A stretch of 64,000 nucleotides of DNA from Balanoglossus misakiensis (GCA_040954595.2 CM082580.2:6021519-6085518); one strand, 5' to 3'. Positions 1-15,200 are shown, counted from the stretch's first letter. Notes: a model not told the origin generated them from the letters alone. Numbers and translations: made by a program.

Positions 1-1068
1 GTCATTTATCAAACTGCGGCGAATTGGTGTCTGAAATCTTTGCCCCCAACTTTCCCGAAAACTTGCAGACGACAGACAACACAATGTCAGAACGTGCATT
101 CACTTACCAGCTGGGTTTAGAAGCGGCTAAAAAGCATACGATGTCGTGGACGTGTAAACCGTTCTGCGGTACAGAGGCACGCCATTAGCAGAGTACGCGG
201 CTGTCAATCAAACCAGAACCACACCCTGGCTGTTACAACAGGATATCTCACTCCAACTGGGACGTGATACGATTCCGTTGAACAAAAATGCGCATTATTT
301 GTTTTATTTATTTACGTACTTCCACGAAAGTCACGGCAGTTGTGCCTGCCCAGTCTGGTCGCAAGCAGTCATAAATTTAACTAAAGTTGTAGACAAAAAA
401 TTGCCTCTCTTACCACGAACCGAATCGAGTAAAACTTACACCACATCATAAATTTTCATAGATACTCTCATCACCTGATACAATTTAGAGTTATATTGAC
501 AATGAACAACTTTTTTCAACATTTGACTTAACTTTCAAAAACACACATTACCACCATCAGCAAATACCAAAGACGTTTTATTGGAAACAAACTTTCCGAG
601 GTTTGTTAGTACAGTATAAAGATGCTGATGATCATCATCACCACCCCGTTTTGGAAAAATGGACAGAAATATTTTTTTAAAAACTCTAATAGGTCAATGA
701 CCAGAAAGGAAAACTTAGCGATTGCAAACGCCCGTCTGTTACCCTAAACGCCCAAATTCTTTCTGTTGCATGTGTATATTTTTATACCAAATCAAGCCAT
801 TTTAATTTATTTAGCGTGAACGAAAACATCACCCGCGGAGAAAACAGGAAATGTCACATTTTCGTCTACAACAACATTCTTTCACACCTGAAATTCCTCA
901 CATAACAAGAAGTGTGTAATGCGCTTCAAGGGTCTGTGCTGGAGGACGATGACTGAACGTTTACCTTTGTAAAGTGCTATAGTACACAACACTCTTTTAT
1001 TGTGTATTGTGTCAGTGTTTTTGAGGGAAATTTTAACATTGTGGATTGCCTGCTTTCACTTATAGTTT

Positions 1069-1190
<122 letters not shown>

Positions 1191-2906
1191 TAGGCCTACG
1201 GGGTGCAATAAAATGACAAAATCGAATATGAAAAACGAGGATTAACAAAATTGTATTGGGGCATACAATTAATAACACAGAGCGTGACGACATTCGGTAT
1301 AAAATCTTACAGAGAAATTATGTTAAATCCGTTGGTTAGGCCTATCGACACTCACTCACTCTTTCTTTATGTTTTATGTCGCATGTCCAGACTTGCAGTC
1401 AACCCCCTTGTTTATTAATGTTGAATAAAAAGGGAAAGTACACTTACGATCGAGAATGTCGATTTTATTATCACATGACTGTGCACCTGTGTTTAATCTC
1501 TGATCAGATTTCAGGTCACTCTTTTAGTATGCAAATTGGATACCATTTACACAGGGTATGGAATTGTAAAGTACACGTATGCAACTGAAGTCTCTCGAGT
1601 TGGTGCCCCATGCCGTAACGACCCATGCCACATCGGAAGCCCAACGAAAAATTTACGCCATTAGTCAATACACCACATGCAGTAGAAAAAGACTGATTAA
1701 ACTGGGCCTGGATAGACGATTGTAAAACACCAGTTTATATCACCGCACTGTCCGTCCATTATGGGACTGAAGTTATAATTGAATAGAAATTGAAAAGTAA
1801 ATTGTTACGATGAATTACGACGGGAAATAGACTTTTGAAAAAAAAGAAAACAGACCAAATATTAGTAATTTTAGCCCACTGTCGGAATGTACGAAAGTTC
1901 ACAAATACTCATTCATAGTTTTTTAACCATTAGAGGTAGAAACGAGACTATGCTTATAAAAACCACCTGTTGATGCCGAGTAAATTACATCATCGAATAT
2001 TTTTCAAATATGGATGATACAGATATCCAATAATCAACAAATAATGGATATCACATTATAATTAAACCTCGGAGAGGTTTTACATGTATTTATGGCGCGT
2101 CCAGCAACGACGTTTGAAAGTGACGTCAATGGGTACAAAAATAAAAGCGACCTAGCTCCCAAGGGAGAAAAAAATACGTAAAGATTCCCATATCTCCCAA
2201 GTGGGATGCTAATCTCTTTGGATATTGCAACAATGAAAGGATTACAAGACATGATCCTGATTTACTCTAAGAAGACAGAACGATTCTTTGTAGTCTCAAG
2301 ATATTTCCCACGGTCAATATTTTCGTTAGAAAGAACACATTTCACCCCTGTTGTTTTATCGGTGGCAGTGTAAAAAATCCCGATTAAAAAGACAAGTAAT
2401 TGGTGTATAGATTGGATAATCTCCCGGACGTGCATACCTGTTGATGCTCGGGACTACTGTAGTGGGTTTTACCTGCAGGCAAGATTAACAGATTCTAAGC
2501 GTTTGATGTTGAGGGCGCTCCATGATACTCCAACACACAGGCATCCAGCTCCTTCTTCGTGATTCGGACAAGAAAAATTGCCCGACTCGAGTTTGAAAAT
2601 ACCCGGTGAAGTATTCCTCGAACTATGACACAAACACTTCTAATTTTCAGGAATATATACAATATATATTTTATTAGTAAAACTTTGTATTACGTACATT
2701 GGAAATAATTTTTCCTGTGTAAGTGGATAAATGGACAGAGGAAGCGAAGATGGAAGTGGAGGGAAAGATTTACATTTCTTGAGAAATGTGAGGAAGGATT
2801 GGGATGAGTGCGGGGGTGTCTTGCTAGCTTCTTGCTGTACAATTTTGTAGTACATTGTATTTGTCATGTGGTGTCTAGAGTGATCGATATAACTGTGCTT
2901 GGGTTT

Positions 2907-2998
2907 TTAACCTTTTCACCCCAGTTCCCTCTACAGAGGTTCAACTAAACCATAGAAAACAATTGATTTGGGCTTAACCATTGTGAGGAAAGGGTCAA
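2907..2998. mobile_element. ~90-bp TTAA-flanked MITE, family A (piggyBac-like ends), copy 1
   Basis: TTAA-CCTTTTCACCCCAGTTCCCTCTACAGAGG...GAAAGGG-TCAA; same body as the copies at 24114, 44820 and 60939. Confidence 0.75.
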
Positions 2999-3269
2999 TG
3001 TTAGTAGTTATGTTGCAGGTAGGGGAGGGGATGGTCGATGGCCAGGTTAGGCATGTGATCAAATAAAACACTTCACAACAGCCTGATGGTCAGAATTATT
3101 TCGGTTTGTGGATGCAAGAATGGAATAGATAAAAACACAAAAGTTAATTTTGGGTGATTTTTGAGGAAAAAATGTAGGGAATGTATTAAAATGTATGATC
3201 AGGTTTTTCTGGATCAGTGAAATATTCCGTTCCGACAAACAGCACCAAACAAACAATCAAATCCTGTGT

Positions 3270-6200
3270 TTATTTTGTTTGAGTTCGTTGCCTGTGCAGA
3301 CTGGAGTGCTGCAGCACTTCCCTCTGGCTCATCTCAAGCTGCGACACTTGCTGCCGCAGTTCAATGTTGTGGTGCGACACGCGGTTCAGCTCCCGCTTGA
3401 TGTGGTGCATCTGCGCCCGGATGTCCTCGTTCTGCAGCTTGAGCCTGGAGCGGGGGCGGCCGCCGAACATGGAGCCGTCGGTGGTCGCCGTGGCCGTGTC
3501 GTCCGTGTAGTACTCGCTGTGCATGGCCGTCTCCGTGGTGTCCGTGTCAAAGGTCATGGCCGTGCGGGCGTCGTCCTCGTCGTCGGTGGTGGCGCGGTCC
3601 AGGATGTGGATCCGCTGGTAGTGCGGCAGCTCCACGGCTCCCTCCTGCTCGATGCTCTCCTTCTGCGACTGGCACGTGTTGCACTTGCTGCACTCGTCCT
3701 CGGCGTTCGTGCCCGGACGCGCCTGCGACTGCGTGTGCATGTGCGGATGAAAGTACTGGCTGTTCCAGCCGTCCTTTTTGAAAACGGGTCTCAGCTTCTT
3801 GAAACTCCACAGGGTAATCAGAACCTACGAAGACAAACAGAGTCCATTAGTATTTCTATTTTAAGCAAATGAAAAGTTACTCTAAGAGTCATCTTTGGTG
3901 GTCAAGGGATATGTTTCTTCAGAGACAGACGTCCCTCCCACACAACTTTCGAAAGGGAAGCTTTTCAGAGTGTTTAATAAGTAAGTGCGTTTAAGGATGT
4001 ACGCGCAGAACATAAACCGGAAACAGTGCGCGCCCGGTCTTTTTCCCATAGGATTACATTGAAAATTGCTAGAAAACAAACTTCTACTATTGTCATTTTC
4101 ACGAAATTTTACACATAGCTCAATCCAGCAAATATAAATTCATTGGTCAAATAAAATATAGGGGTCACCGCGCTCTATTTTGAGATAAATTGCGTCAAAA
4201 ATTTTGCCCATAGACAAACCATTGGTGAAAAATGCTGAGTCATCAGTTTTCTTCTATTATCGGCTAAATTCATGGCTCTGTATTTCAAAAACAAGCGCGG
4301 TGACCCCTATATTTTATTACGGATTTTCATTATACCTACAGAGGAGAATCCAAAAATCCACAATTAAAAAAAATGACAATACTTTCAATTTTACCGAACG
4401 TACATCCTTAAAAAGAAGTGTGTCTGTGACCTCTTCAATCTTCTTGTGTTTGTGGAAAATTGCCTTATCATGGAAACTGCTGAGGGCCTTCAAAATATCA
4501 CAGACCTTACAGGTGTATTACATATCATTTTCTATTCACAAAATTAAAAACCCAGAACATCACCCAGAAACAAATTTTTGTTGACCGATACAGTAATTAT
4601 AGTGAACCTAATTCAGTCAGAATTAAGAGATGATTTTTGAGAAACAATTTCGATAAGATATGTACAGCTACTATTACGTTGTAAAGATACATTCAACGTG
4701 CACTCAAAGACTTAAGTATCTAAGTACACTGAAAGCAAGCACAGAACACAATCCGTCACCTGAGAGGCAGCAGCCACTTCTGCCACACTGTATTTCCCCC
4801 AAGTGGCCGATATATTTATGAGTTTGTCCACTCCGTTCAAGTTCCTCAGCTCCTTGGCGTTTTCGATGTCCCCGATGACCAGCCGATGGATGCAGTGTAT
4901 CACAGCCACCACCACATCCGGTTTGTGCTGTATGGGTTTTCCGGCACCGCCCGGCATACACATGATCAGGTCTCGCATTCCGTACCTCCCTGTAAAAGAT
5001 CATTTGAAAACAATCAATATCACTACAAGTACATGTATCCTTTTGGATTGTCGAATTTTTTCACATTTTTCTGGACATACTAACTCATAAAGAAAGAAGC
5101 GAAATGTACTAGCATTCTTTTGCAGTCACTTCTATGGAAAATCTCAACAACACTAACAAACTCAGTTTCTTCTTTTCCAGATGATAAAAGTGGTTCTGTG
5201 GTTTTAACCAAATTCTCCAACACTGACTATCCCCACGATTTGAAAGAGCGCCCCTTAGTGGTGAACTATGTAAAAGTAATCCTGACATATCTGAGGTATG
5301 TATACTGAATCAAATGCTAATGTTTTTGTACTCACCAACAAGTTCCTTATTTCTTGAATCTTGGCTGAGGTTGTGGAGAGCTTTGGACACCGAATTCACT
5401 ACTGCATCGTCATCAATCTTCAGGAGTTCGACGAGGATCGGGAGACCCTTCGCCTTCCGGACACCACCTCGAATATCGTACGACCACTGCGGTTCAGATG
5501 CAACACAAGAGGGGGTTAAAATGAGCACTTCGTCAAAGAAAACTGATTACGATTGACAAGGTTAAATTTCAGCATACAAAGAAGAAGAAAAATTACTTCA
5601 GTTAAAAAGATCCCTAAATGATTCAAAAACACCTGTTGCTGTACACAATATTGACAGTTTCTCACTTTGGTTGCCTAGTTCAGCGCCCTCTGGAGACAAC
5701 AAGAAACTCTGCACATCCCCCCCCCCCCCAATCAGAAGCACGTGCAACCATAGCAACCAATCAGATTAAAATTAGATGTAGGCTACGGCGACGTCTTTTA
5801 CTTTACACAGTACAGAAGTATTCTTTATATGCTGTCATCTCACACCCTCATACAGTATTCCTATGAGGCAACATAATAAGAGAATACTGCATAGCGCAAG
5901 TAAAAGATGTCAATTTTAATCAGATAGCCATAGGAACCCACCTTCCAATCAGACGCAGTCAGGTTCTGAATTGTACCAGCTGTTGCCGCCAGGGTTCCAA
6001 TGTTGGAGCACTCGGACATCAGCGACAAATATGGCTGACAGACGTCGAGTTGCCATAGCAGCGCTTTCCCCCTCACTGGTTCCCGCCTGCTTCTGCTTTC
6101 CTGAGTATTAAGTTCCTCCCTGGAGGCCCTGCGGGGTCACAGTGAGGTCATGTAATTAGGATTTCATTTTGTTCTGTGATAAGCGTGAACATTCATCCAC

Positions 6201-9200
6201 TGAAATGCCCTTGAAGGCAACAAACTCATTAAAAAGCACATAAAATGCAGGACTTATTGCAAATGTGTTGATGTACAAACCATGGATTCCTATTAAACTT
6301 TATAAACTGCAATCATGCAAAATATATTGTACTGGATTAAACCTATTACCTCCAAGGCAAATAATTTGTTGACGCTTTTAACACATTCTCATGGACCCTT
6401 TTATATGGTTGTCCTGTTCCCATGGCAACATTTCAACACCCTGGCTATGTAATCTAATTCTACCAGAAATTCTGTTACTAATCAAATTGCATCAATTTAT
6501 TAACTTTGAGCATAAATAACTAAACAACCAGTACCTTCCAGACAAAAGAAAATACTATAAAACTCTCATAAAGCATTTAATTTTATTTCTATGCTGTAAT
6601 TCTTGCTCTAATTTAGATGTGGTTATACCCACCTTGTTCTAGCGTTTGAATTCTTTCCAAATGAGAAACATCCTATTTTAAATTCTTGGCTCTCGCTTTT
6701 CCTCCGCACTGCAGGTGCACTTTCCTTGTGAAAGACTTCTGATCCGACATGGTAGGACAGATTCTGAATGGTGCACATACAATTTTCTACAGCCTGCAAA
6801 AATGGGGTCAAAGGTCACATGAATTTGTGAATGCTGTTCTGCTATCAAGAATTAGACGCAATCTCAAATTTGATACCTTGAAATTCCAAGTGTAACACTT
6901 TGGCATAAAAAACATGTACATTGCAATACATGTATATACTTTAAAAGGTGTATTTGTTGATTTTGTTAAATTTATAGCTAAAATAAAATAAACATTTGGA
7001 ATGTATATTTGCACAAAACAGCTGTATACAAGCATTTGCAGTCAATTTAACATGTGCCATCTGGATGTTTGTAAATTCCAGACCGTTTACCGACGTTTCA
7101 CCAATCCGAGTCAACTTCTGTAAAATTCTCCTATCATTAGCTGTAAAAGTTCAATATCCCTTACCTTACTGTCAAGTATAACATTAGATTTGCATTCACT
7201 TATGGAGCGCATCGTGTGTATCAGAGAATCCACCAGCCCTTCACACTCCCTCATCTTTTTGCGAGCTTCTACACCGGCCGAACTGATATTCCTGGCAACA
7301 GAAAATCAGACACAACGTCACATTGATGAGATTTGGCAGCCCAAATTTTGCTCACGCTTAAAGAACCTCAGAGGGAAAACTAGACTGTACATGTCCCTCC
7401 ATAGGGATAGAGGGATTGTTGTCTACATCAGAGTCAGGTCTTTTTTTCTTTCTGTCTGTGTAAACTTCACTGCACACACTTCACAGTCAGTGATGACAAA
7501 CTTGCAGTTATGTAAAGGGGGCTCCGAGAACAAAAATTCACGTTCTAATCTTGGCCTGGAAGAAAACAACCACTTGTAAATACCCCGAGCATTTTAAGTG
7601 GAGCGTCTGGAAAAACAACAAGGGAATGAAAGGAAGACAAAGAAAAACGCAGACACTCAGACAGGAAGCGCGTAACCGGTACGCAAACTAACGCAGACAA
7701 TCGCCGAGTGACAATAATCTTTACCTGAGGCATCCTGTGGAGTTTGTAAATGTCACTGATAAAGGGGTGTTCCTGGTCCGGATGTTGCCACCGTCTCTAC
7801 TCCGATCCCATCCGGACTCCGGAATCAAAACCGATTTCACCAAGATTGTCAGACTGTCTTCCAAGATGGGAATCTTCAGCCTCTGCAACGACAAAAAAAT
7901 GGGGAATTCCACCAAAAAATAAAAGGGGGGTCATCATTTTAAACACAGGCCTTTTTGGTACCATTCTTTGGTACAGCACCACTTTCATAACTATTGGTTG
8001 AATGAAATACATGTACATATGTTAGAAAGATCAATAAATCACAAAATAACTGTATCATAGTACTGTAATCTTCGCAAACACAATTGCCATTAAATTCGCT
8101 ATTTTAACAGCTGATATTATTATTCTCTTTTTAAATTAATGCTTTTAAATCTTATGGAATCATATTTCAGAACCGTCTTACAAATTTAACTTCTTCGATG
8201 CTCTGGTTAACACAGTCAAAGTTCAGAGCCACATGGATGACCGACCACCGTGCAACTTGATCACTATGTGCAGTCCATGTGCACAGGTGGTCGTACAATC
8301 ATCCCGTGAAAATAATGCTCTGTAATACGAGACCGCACCACTGGTGCCTCTACTAACAAAGAACTGTTTGCACAAGTAAAGTGGTCAGTCAAATCCAGGT
8401 TCTCCCCCTCCCCTGTTAAACGCTCACCTCATCTGAGGAGAGATTCCACAGCGTTCCCGTGGTGATTTCCTTGATGTCTTCATCTGAGGTAGTTCTGAGC
8501 AGTCTTGCCAACGCTTGGATCCCGCTGGAGTTTTTGATGGCGAGATTATTGTCTTCATTGGGCTGTCTGTATGCCATGTTCCAAAGTATGTTAGCTGCAC
8601 TGTGATGGATATCGGGTATTGGATGACCCAGGAGGTCGACGATGGCGGGAACACCACCATACTCCCTGAAAAAAAAGACAATCACTTTTAGTTTTTTTTT
8701 CTAATGTGCCATGCATTAATTCAGCTATACCGTAGATGATATCTTGCATAAGAATGGATTTCTTACATACACTATCATAATATTTAATGAAAAGGATTAT
8801 AGCTATTTTTTTCATTTCAGACTATATGGTAACAGAAAAACGTGTAATAACTTTTTTCACATCTCTTGTCAAAAGTGATCATCAATTACGCATTTACTTT
8901 TATTATCTTGATCCATTTATTTCAAAATATTGTGTAGCCTTTTGTTGTTTTGGGACTACGGGAATTCATTGACAGATTTGTTTATCTGTGTAAAAAATAC
9001 TGTTAAAATACTGCAGTGTTCACTAAAAATTATTTGAAAAAAATAATGTGATATAAACTGAAACAGAGAGACAATAATTTGCAACAGTCCAAATTAAAGG
9101 TCTTTTTCATGATTGAAACAAACACCTTACATGTGGTAATGCTCAAGACATCTGTACAGCTAACCAATGACTGACCCTCCTCAAGAAACAGAATCATGCT

Positions 9201-12200
9201 ACAAGTCAGTGGAGGCCATTTTCGACTTTCAAATGGAAATTTAAGACGGCTCTCAACTCAAACCCAACTAATCATACTTATACAAAAAATTTCATTTGTA
9301 TATACCTCAACTGCGGTAACACAATATCTTTGGACCCCTCCCCACTTCAATTCCCCGAGTCTATTTCGAGGGGTCGCCGAGGTCAAACGAAGCTATTCCA
9401 GTCCAGGTCAACACAATTATACACAGGACAAGTTTCGCTTGACTGCTGGATGATTTGAACTGACTATACAGTGCAAGTTTGTTGAATCAAACATAAATAA
9501 TCAATTGAATTACACGCTCGTTTGTTTCATTGGCGGTGTAAATTTCTGTCAGTTTAGATCGCCTCTCTCACGGCCACTGGTTACACCGTGGTCTCCCCTT
9601 TCACTGCAATGTGTAAACACTGTGTCCTTTCAGTGGTTTTGCCCGGTCTGAGTACTAGTAACTACTGTTGTCGTGGTGAACAAAAACAAGCATCTCCCGA
9701 TTTGACCTTTGACTCGCAGCTGAACAACTTCAGTGACTTGTAACGTCCGTTGCACAGAGCGATTCTAACGATTCCTAGCGACAAATCCTTTAGTTGAACT
9801 GTGAGCGAGTATGCTGTGATGAAAGATGCAAACATAATAGCTGTCGTACTTTCCCAAAACTTGATAAAACACGCAATTGTAAATTATCGCGATTTACCCA
9901 TGATTCATCATCTGTTTTCTTGGGATTTATTTCAGCTGTTGATTTTAACCCAGACTGAAATACAAACAACCACAGACTACAAATTTGTCAATCACTGCTT
10001 TCTTGCCCTGGTCTGAAAGTGGCAGTATTTCAATGTTCGTAACCCGATTTTTGTCCACAATGTAAATTTCATGATGTGAAATACTAAACCCCCATGAAAT
10101 TTAAGTCACATGACTCGGCTTCCAGATAAGCTAGAGACTGGGCACCACAGACAGTAATCAGCCCAGTGGACTCGAAGACTATAATCCCACTTCAAAAATT
10201 TGTTCAAAATACTAAAGAGAATTACAGTCAAGTACCCCACTAAACAAAATCCGACACACAGTCGACCTTGGGACCTTATCTGATTTCGATAAAACAAATT
10301 TGGGACTATATACCATTTAACTTTTACTGCACAAATTGTATGTGAATTTGTTTCTCAAACACGTGCAATGCCCGTGAGAATCTATAAAGCACAAACGAAG
10401 TGTTGACAGGAACAACAATTGGACATCACGGTTAGGGTCCATTTAAAACCCACCCAAGCGAAAATGTCTACCAGGCTTGGCTGCCCAGTTGTCCATCAGC
10501 AGGGTAGCCATGTAGTTTAACACAGGTGGCTGCAACCTGTTGGTGGACGACCTTTCACCCCGAGAGCGCGGAATATTTATTGAACCAGCGTGAATGCGCT
10601 GGGCAGAGTTTCCGACGAGAAAACAAACACGGAGAGGACGGTTCAAGTGAGGGCTATTCCACTGAGAAATAACACTTGCTTTGACGTTATAAACAAAATC
10701 AACCCAGTTTGAAAGAGAGGGTGTTGAATTTTGTTTTCAAGCTCACACTGAGCAAACTTCAGCATAAAAGTTTGGAACGAGAAAAATACCAGACTAGTAA
10801 TTTTTTTAAAAATCAGGAAAACCCAAGTCCAATCAGTCTATACACTAATTGTTGAGTATATTATAAAGCTTATTTATGAGAGAAATACCAGCATTGGTTC
10901 ATTTTGAACAGACTCTATATTAATTCCTTACAGTTACACAATACAACAGAAATGGGTCGTCCCTGGCTTATTGGCCTACAGCTGACTTCATGCAAGAATG
11001 TGACATCTCACCTACACTACATATTCCAAAATGGTCGGCTATACCTAATCAACCAGTGCCGGTGACCATGGAAACCTCACTTATACATGTACATTGTGCA
11101 TGTATCAGCAGCAGACCATGGTCAAACTCTTCAGCTACCGGCGGATTCAGTCTCACCTGATATCAGCAATTATCCGACTGTCTTTTCCTTCCGTCACCCT
11201 TTCCAGATAGGCAGCCATACTGGCCACCACCGTGTAGTCCTGGGCGCATAGTTTCCGGATTATCTCCACCAGGGACATCTCATCCGGATTTGGTAAAAAA
11301 AGTCCTGCGATGAAACAGATTGGAAAAAAATCAGTGGAAATAGAAATATGGCAGTGGACAAAAATGATTCACATGTCAGTCAGGTATTTCTTATATTGAA
11401 AGGAGAGTTGTAATTTTTTTATCGGTATATATTTGTATCTTGTACCAATTATTAACCTGCAACTTGTTAGTTTTGTTCCCTATAGCATGTGAAGTAACCC
11501 TGAAATCAATATGTAATTTGCAATAATTCTGTTGACAACTGAATTATCGCATCTGCACTTAAATTCAATTATCAACACTTGTAATAATGTGCATTACAAA
11601 CACACACAAACTGTGTTGTTAAACACCGGATGTGTCCATCTAGATGTGTTATAAGAGCACTACCAATATTGAATCAGCCAGTTGTTATGAAGATGAAAAG
11701 CACTGCAGAGGCCACTACAAAAATTATAGCAACCGTTACGTATCCCATTTTACCTTGAATTTTTGATGAATTAGGACAATCCAACCTATGTTGCCAAGGG
11801 TGGTAATTTAAAAGTTCCTGCTTGCCAACTTTTTGGGGACAAAAATTTTGTTGATGATTTTGCCAGTGAGTGTATACCTGTATGATAGTGACTGAAGGCA
11901 GAGAGGCTGGAACGTACCAGGTAGACCATGGAAATCCAATGAAGTCAGATCTTTTTTTTTTTCACATTCCCCAGTCAGAGCTGGGCAATAAATCAAATTC
12001 CTAAAAACTGCCAGCCTTCACTGGAGTGTGTCGGTACTTAGCCTTGAGATTTTGAGCTCTATAAAGAGGAGTCTGTGTCGCTTAGTGACAATTTGTTTTT
12101 AAGTGGAGACGTACCTTGCTCAGGGCACGTTAGCCAACTGATACACATATAAATTCACAGTGCATGCATGTGCTGCATTTAGATATCATCCGACCTAACT

Positions 12201-15200
12201 GTGTAGAAATGAAGTTAAACACTTTAAGAGGATCTCGTATTGAAATACCCCCACTGAACTGGATACATTTATAAACACCAGAATATCTTGCGTACAGTTG
12301 TCAAACAGTTAAAAAGCCTGTAAAATCCATTTCTTTTTTAAATCCCCCATAACACGCAGATAACTGAGCCAGTTAAATCTGAGACAGTGGACTCGGAAGG
12401 CTGTTGATTGAAACAGGAACAACAGACAACAATGGAGAAGTAAATAGCGAATGAAAGGATCAGGCCAAACACCCTTATGATAACATTATGTACAGGTTAT
12501 TGTTGATTTCAATGGTGGGTGACACTGGTCAGCTAATTATGCAGGGATAACAACAGTCAATTGATTCCACTAACACTTTCCACACTGGGAACTCTGGATT
12601 TTTGTCTTTCACAATGACCATGCATACACTGACATTAATCTTGTGAGCACACCATACTTGCAGTAATTTCGACGTCTGCAACCGATCAACCTCATTTGCT
12701 TCCCTTGGTTGACTTAATTACAGTAATTAAGATTAATTTTAAATCATGTTAATTTTTTGGCTGAAATGCCAACTTATTACAGAATGGTTTCTGAAATTTG
12801 GCTTGGCAATTTCAAGAAGTGCCCAAGCAGGCTGTGCAGAGAAATTGTGTCAGTTTTTGTTTGCACTGGATTTTTAAAGTTGTTTACACTCAGTGAAGAT
12901 GACACCAATGATCTAAACAGACACCCACCCTTCTTTCTTTCCAGCCCCAGACTTTGCAGTTACAACCTGGTAAACATTTCCAAAATTGGTGTTTTACAAG
13001 TCAAGGTGTGTGTCACATGTTTCATGCAGAGTTCAGAGCAATTGCCATAAATCTGCCAACCACAGGACCATAACACCACTGAGAATTTACGACAAGATAA
13101 CAAAATTTCCACCGGGAATGTCATGTCGACGCCACCAAAAAACAAAAATGTGCAGTACAGTACCTCAGCTCCTGTGTCCTTGTACACAAAAACGTGCCAG
13201 CAATCAAACAATATATCAGCCAGTCATTTGACACCGGGGACCAGTGCTAATATGGCTACTGCAGATTCCCCCACTTCCCCCAGAGTGGTTCTGGTCGTCG
13301 TCGGGGGTGTGAGCTGAGCCTAGACCAAACCAGGAGTTATGTGACCCAGTACAGTAGGAGTGCACTGTCTTGATGACACTCACAGCCCCCAGTTCACTCA
13401 CTCAACACTGCAGCTGTTGGCTTCAGCCCTTGGGGCCCTACAATATCCACCACCTATTGTTTTTTGTCAGAGCGGAGCTGAAGAAGAAACGCTTGCTGTC
13501 ACCAATGCATACATTACAATGCACACACTAGTCAGTCTGTTGATAGAAGTCAACACCGCATCTGCTAGTCGAATAAGGGTGATCTCCACAGTACGCACTC
13601 CAGCAAAACAATTACAAATGTACCAAAGACCCAGTTTGTTCAGGGGCAATAGATATACTATAGAACCCCTGTGTTATCTCACTACCAGATGAACTATGAA
13701 TGTTGACTTATTGCATGATAATTACAGGTTCTGCGTTCATTACCATATTTCACACACTAATTACAGTTTTAATGAAGCGTTTATATACATCTGCATCAAT
13801 TACAGCCTCTAATGAGCCGTACTTGTCTCTAGTTTCAAGTACCTGGTGTAAACACAAGACAGTGTAACTCATCTGACTGTCATGTACTTTGATAAAAAAA
13901 TTATGAGTGCTGTTTTTCCTATTGGTGGTTATTTTGACACGACTTTATTCTCCCATTTGAATGTCACAGACAAGTTTTGAGGATTTAAAATTTAATTACT
14001 GCATCTAAAATTATTTTGTGATAAAAAACCAACTCAAAGCAGTGGCAATTAATATTGTAACACATTGATTTGGCAAAAATACCAAACAGCTCAGATCAGA
14101 TATAATAAAACATGGAGTGAGCTAAAAAAAATTATAGCTATTTACAATTTGAATTCTGACTCAAATATTCTTGAAAATCTAAATTATTCTTCAAGAAAAT
14201 GTGTAAATTCATCAAACTGACAAATAAAATTTACCAAAAAATCATGAAATGGCATATCATGGAAAACACTTAGCAATTTGCCAATGCCCCCTTAGAGGGC
14301 GGGCATAACAATAGCTTAGCTATGCTCACATATTTAGATGAGCCAATTTATGCCTGACTGCCATGAATAAACCTGGGTGGATTCACACATGCTCGCACAT
14401 GCCATGCCCCTTACCCATCAACAAAAGTCGAGCTGTGCGTCAGGGGCTTAAAGAATGCACCACACGGCCTTCACTGAGAAGTGGAGGCTCGCAAATGCCA
14501 TTGTCTGTAAAGACTCTCCCTTCACTGCTCTTTTGCCCGTAAAATGGATTTTCTCAGGGCCGTTCCGTTTTAATATCTCCCCGTTTTCAGCAGTGGTTGA
14601 GTTTGCATTACATGGGTTAATCGTGTCTAAAAGAATCCATTTCCGGACAGCAAGTCTGTGTGTATATACATGTACACAACAGACTAGGGATTTATTCTTT
14701 TGTTTTTATGCACATTTGTAATAGGCATTCAGTACATTCGGTGTAACTGTGTTGAATTTCAAAAGCGACCGACAACCCAAGGCCCCGAAGCAGTTGCAGG
14801 ATGTGACTGAATTACATGTTATAAAATATCAGATTTAAATATTGACTTAATAAACAGGATAAAAAATAGAGTTAAAATAATGTGTAAAATATAGTGGGGT
14901 TTAAACCCTGAAATTAGACACTATATGGTGAATTGAATTCTTATAGATATAACAGTAATGAATGACCAGATGCAATTAAATCGAGAGATAAATAATTGAT
15001 CAGAATTTAAAATCAAATATTTTTTTAGTGTGAGTAGATTAGAGGTATTATGCATGCCTTGTTAAATTACATCTTAAGTGAGGGTTTGTTTACATCTGCT
15101 AATTCACCAGTAGCTGGTTCAGGATCTGAAGTACCCAGGCAATGATAGCTTTAATTGCTTTGTATTTGTACACCCTGGATGTAAAACAGGGTCTAAAGAT

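Noticed and set aside
100-300. Minus-strand donor (CTG|GTAAGT near 107) suggesting a first exon of another gene running off the left edge
   Set aside because: The available ATG frame stops before the donor and no protein is recognisable; it could be a UTR exon but cannot be supported.
3195-3872. 225-aa plus-strand ORF
   Set aside because: Antisense shadow of the GC-rich last catenin exon.
9890-9915. ATG AAT CAT GG|GTAAAT on the minus strand, phase-compatible with catenin exon 3 (alternative start)
   Set aside because: Too short and a weak donor; expected by chance in a 2.5-kb intron.
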